The notes below the pieces were generated by a model. That model searched no databases. It was not told the origin of the DNA and saw only the letters and a program-made list of their open reading frames with translations. A program made the position numbers and the translations under genes. Positions 61,655 through 64,000 of a DNA stretch of 64,000 bases are shown here, piece after piece. This stretch comes from an uncultured Acidobacteriaceae bacterium. Lineage in GTDB: Bacteria > Acidobacteriota > Terriglobia > Terriglobales > Acidobacteriaceae. Location: the NCBI GenBank assembly GCA_963774565.1, contig CAVZFP010000009.1, positions 64,349 through 128,348 on the forward strand. Direction: 5' to 3'. How positions within the stretch are numbered: the stretch's first letter is position 1; each line of letters starts with the position of its first letter.

Positions 61655-62446
61655 ATGAATACGGAACCCATTCAGACAAACCACTCTGCCGCTGCCTGGC
61701 ATGCCCGGGAAGTCTACGTCATGGCAGCGGTCTGCCTGATTCTGGGCGTAAGTCAGAGATTTTTGCAGCTGTGCGATCGCGCCATCGACATCACCCTGGT
61801 AGAACAGGCACGACGCCATATCGGTACGAGCACCTACATTTTTCGGGTTCACCTCGAGCGCCTTCTCGTACTAGTGGGCTACCTGGTCCGTGGGTCTACC
61901 TCGGCGGCTGCCACAAGCGCCACCGCCGCCAGTTCGTCACAGCATGATGCCGCCACGAGCCCTGCTCCGCAGCAAATGCCTTCGCTCGATGACGTGAAGC
62001 GCATGGCGGATAAGCAAGGGGCGCCTCTGTTGGCGAAACTCCAGAGTGATCCGAACAATGCCGACTTACTGAACCAGGTCGGAAATCTCTATCGCATCAC
62101 CCACCAGTTCCAGAGGGCCGTTTCGTACTACCAGAAGGCGCTCGAGGTGAACCCGAAAAATGTAGGTGCTCGTACCGATATGGCGTCGTGCCTGTTCTAC
62201 CAGGGTGATGTCGATGGCGCGATCGCACAGCTGCAAAAATCTCTGACTTACGATCCTAAACATGCAGGGACACTTCTCAACCTGGGCTTGGTTCGCTGGA
62301 AGGGCAAAAGCGACGCTGCCGGAGCCATCGCTTCTTGGGCCAAGCTGCTGAAGTACTATCCCAACTACGAAAACAAGGACATGGTTCAGAAGTTGATCAG
62401 TGAAGCCAAAGCGCACCCTGCCAGGAACCCGCTCCAAAGTGAGTAA
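61655..62446 (+). CDS. TM-anchored TPR-repeat protein (paralogue of 41885-42580) carrying an in-frame 40-codon inverted-duplication insert in its TM segment
   Basis: ATG at 61655 within ORF 61550-62446. The sequence is MNTEPIQTNHSAAAWHAREVYVMAAVCLILGV, then the 40-aa insert SQRFLQLCDRAIDITLVEQARRHIGTSTYIFRVHLERLLV, then LVGYLVRGS..., then the TPR units. Confidence 0.7.
   Translation: MNTEPIQTNHSAAAWHAREVYVMAAVCLILGVSQRFLQLCDRAIDITLVEQARRHIGTSTYIFRVHLERLLVLVGYLVRGSTSAAATSATAASSSQHDAATSPAPQQMPSLDDVKRMADKQGAPLLAKLQSDPNNADLLNQVGNLYRITHQFQRAVSYYQKALEVNPKNVGARTDMASCLFYQGDVDGAIAQLQKSLTYDPKHAGTLLNLGLVRWKGKSDAAGAIASWAKLLKYYPNYENKDMVQKLISEAKAHPARNPLQSE
61747..61866. repeat. Left arm of a perfect 120-bp inverted repeat (reverse-complement copy of 62133-62252)
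   Basis: Base-by-base comparison shows that 61747-61866 is the exact reverse complement of 62133-62252. The ORF track confirms it. Minus-strand ORF 61604-61852 encodes NPKNVGARTDMASCLFYQGDVDGAIAQLQKSLTY, identical to the plus-strand TPR sequence downstream. Confidence 0.95.
62133..62252. repeat. Right arm (native TPR coding copy) of the perfect 120-bp inverted repeat
   Basis: See the left arm. The two arms are separated by 266 bp. Confidence 0.95.
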
Positions 62447-62580
62447 ACACGGTTGGCGGGCAAACTCAGCCTGCTTAACCTTGTGCCATTCCCGCTGGAC
62501 TGTGGTTCGCTGAAGTTGGCCTGGTCCTTGTTAATGCTGGTGAGGGAGGAGTTACAGTTTTTAGGTTTTGCAAAGCTGCT

Positions 62581-62807
62581 TTAGCGATGGATACCGGTGT
62601 GGCACGCGCAGAGCAGAGGCTAATCAAGTTCTCTTCCGAATCGCCTCCCGAGTGACTGCGGAACTGTTTGTGATGGACCTCTAGGTTTGACATCGCGCCG
62701 CACGACTGACAGCGCCAGCCATCCCGACGTAACACTTCCTGCAGCAGTTTTGCGTACGACTCTGGATCCAGTCGCTGATGGATTGGTTTCTGGCCAATCG
62801 GACTCAC
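62581..62807 (-). CDS. Small HNH endonuclease (~75 aa), with one apparent 1-nt deletion near the C-terminus
   Basis: ORF 62475-62807 reads ...WRCQSCGAMSNLEVHHKQFRSHSGGDSEENLISLCSAR|ATPVSI... Shifting one base restores LCSARCHTGIHR and a stop at 62581-62583. That gives the full C-x2-C...HH...N...C-x-x-H HNH pattern. Confidence 0.75.
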
Positions 62808-63502
62808 GATTCCTTCTCACCCAAGCCTTCACGGAATACTCGCTTCCGTTCACCAGGCAGGAACTTGAAGAATCTCGTCATCGAAAAAAGCAAAGTCTTC
62901 GGATCTCCGTTGTCCAGATTGGCCCCGGCCAGAAAGTCCGCACACATCATTTCCAGACAGTAGCTGCGGGAACGGTCGCTCCCCGGCATCAGGGCCGCCA
63001 TGTCCATCGCTTTCTCAATGACCGGCATCTGGCTCTGGTACAGTTTGAACCAGATGATCTCCCACGGTTCAGTTTCCCGCCCAGCTAAGTCCTTCTCGAC
63101 CTCCCGCTTAAACTGCTCCTTGGGCATCTCTCGTGCGCGGTGCAACCAGGTTGCACAATCGAATTGCCGCCGGTCCCTCCTTGCCAGCTTGGCTAGTTCG
63201 ATCCCCTTCGACCAGCCCACTTCCTTCAGTTGCTCTCTCGCCTGCGGCGGCAGGTGTTCATGAATCGACCTCAGGTAGTACGCCTTCCTCCTCGATTCGG
63301 GGAACCGCCTTTCCAGAAACTCGTCGAAACTCTTCAAATTCTCCAGTCGCCAGTATTGTCCCGCCCGCACCTCGCACAGGTAGCGTCCCAGGTCGACGAA
63401 CTTGGTGTCCCGCTCCGTCTCCTTCCGCTGTTCCCACGCCAGAATCTCGTCAATCTTGCCCAGTACAAATGCGGCACGGCGACGATGGATCTTCGGCGGC
63501 AT
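62804..63502 (-). CDS. Hypothetical protein, possibly DNA-binding (ParB/KorB-HTH-like region); co-transcribed with the HNH gene
   Basis: ORF 62804-63583, with the likely start at MPPKIHRRRAAF (63500-63502). It overlaps the HNH start as ATGA. The segment GRYLCEVRAGQYWRLENLKSFDEFLERRFPESRRKAYYLRSI resembles ParB-type HTH regions. That resemblance is from memory and has not been searched. Confidence 0.5.
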   Translation of the reverse strand: MPPKIHRRRAAFVLGKIDEILAWEQRKETERDTKFVDLGRYLCEVRAGQYWRLENLKSFDEFLERRFPESRRKAYYLRSIHEHLPPQAREQLKEVGWSKGIELAKLARRDRRQFDCATWLHRAREMPKEQFKREVEKDLAGRETEPWEIIWFKLYQSQMPVIEKAMDMAALMPGSDRSRSYCLEMMCADFLAGANLDNGDPKTLLFSMTRFFKFLPGERKRVFREGLGEKES

Positions 63503-63867
63503 GGGCGGATACTCAGTAATTAAGCTCGTTAATCCAAGCAAGACTGTCGGCTCCTGGACGCCGCACCAGAGAGGTGTCGACATGGGATGGGTTCCCGGTG
63601 TTTACGCCCGCCGGGATGCCGGTGAAATAGAAACTAAAGTCGCACGAAACGGTGTCACCGTGATGGCACGAACGATGTGCGACATTGCTACCTCGTCAAA
63701 GCTTTGTGTACGACCCGTCTATGGAAGCTGGGAGCAATGCGCCGTCCTGGGGCAGGACAGCGCATTGCTACATCGATAAGCGACACTCTATTGTCCATCG
63801 CAAGAGATCCCGCATTTGGCTTTACCGGGAGATCGTGCAGCGAGCGATTCAATCAGGTTCTCGTTCC

Positions 63868-64000
63868 TTACCAGATGCGCACGCGGTCCGGTGAAGCGAG
63901 GTAAAGCTTCTCTCCCGGCTGCACATTGAAAGCGGCGTACCAGGCATCGATATTGCGCACCGTGGCGGCCCGATACTCGCCAGGAGCATGCGGGTCCGTC
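63868..64000 (-). CDS. C-terminal end of an unidentified gene entering from the right edge
   Basis: Manual minus-strand translation gives ...TDPHAPGEYRAATVRNIDAWYAAFNVQPGEKLYLASPDRVRIW followed by TAA (63868-63870). It looks coding, but the product is not recognisable. Confidence 0.3.
   Translation of the reverse strand, partial: TDPHAPGEYRAATVRNIDAWYAAFNVQPGEKLYLASPDRVRIW

Overview
High-GC bacterial chromosomal window. The gene content and the 'word-like' REP repeats suggest Acidobacteriota, but that is inference only. I recognised no rRNA, tRNA, CRISPR array, transposase or integrase.

Layout:
- 1-10.3 kb, minus strand: a complex-I-type nuo operon in the order nuoA, bPH-domain gene, nuoC-D-H-J-K-L-M-N. 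No nuoB, nuoI or nuoEFG is present. The operon is riddled with 1-nt frame breaks.
- 10.5-17 kb: a broken membrane protein, a Mo-hydroxylase pair (2Fe-2S and molybdopterin subunits), small genes and lysS.
- 17.2-37 kb: cleanly reading housekeeping and accessory genes. These are an OprO/P porin, a NitT/TauT-type ABC transporter, a PP2C phosphatase, an S15 CocE/NonD hydrolase, secreted hypotheticals, a Ser/Thr kinase with TPR repeats, an APC permease, a beta-lactamase-fold hydrolase, an MBL hydrolase, an isochorismatase, a SIS isomerase and a radical SAM/SPASM enzyme.
- 37.3-39.4 kb: a heavily frameshifted S53 sedolisin.
- 39.8-62.4 kb: the most interesting part, a haem/cytochrome island. It holds a monohaem cytochrome c, hemA, a TM-anchored TPR protein, a sigma54 response regulator, a histidine kinase translationally coupled to ccsA-resB, and a tightly packed 7-gene operon. 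That operon encodes a 16-haem cytochrome, an NHL propeller, a tetrahaem cytochrome, a PpiC/SurA PPIase, a 615-aa beta-barrel, a second NHL propeller and an 11-12-haem cytochrome. It resembles Geobacter OmcS/OmcE cytochrome-nanowire loci.
- Right of the operon: a signal-peptide-bearing methyltransferase-fold protein and a second TPR paralogue. The second TPR paralogue carries a perfect 120-bp inverted duplication of its own downstream sequence.
- 62.5-63.5 kb: a small HNH plus DNA-binding-like two-gene module.

Gene boundaries of frameshifted genes are approximate.
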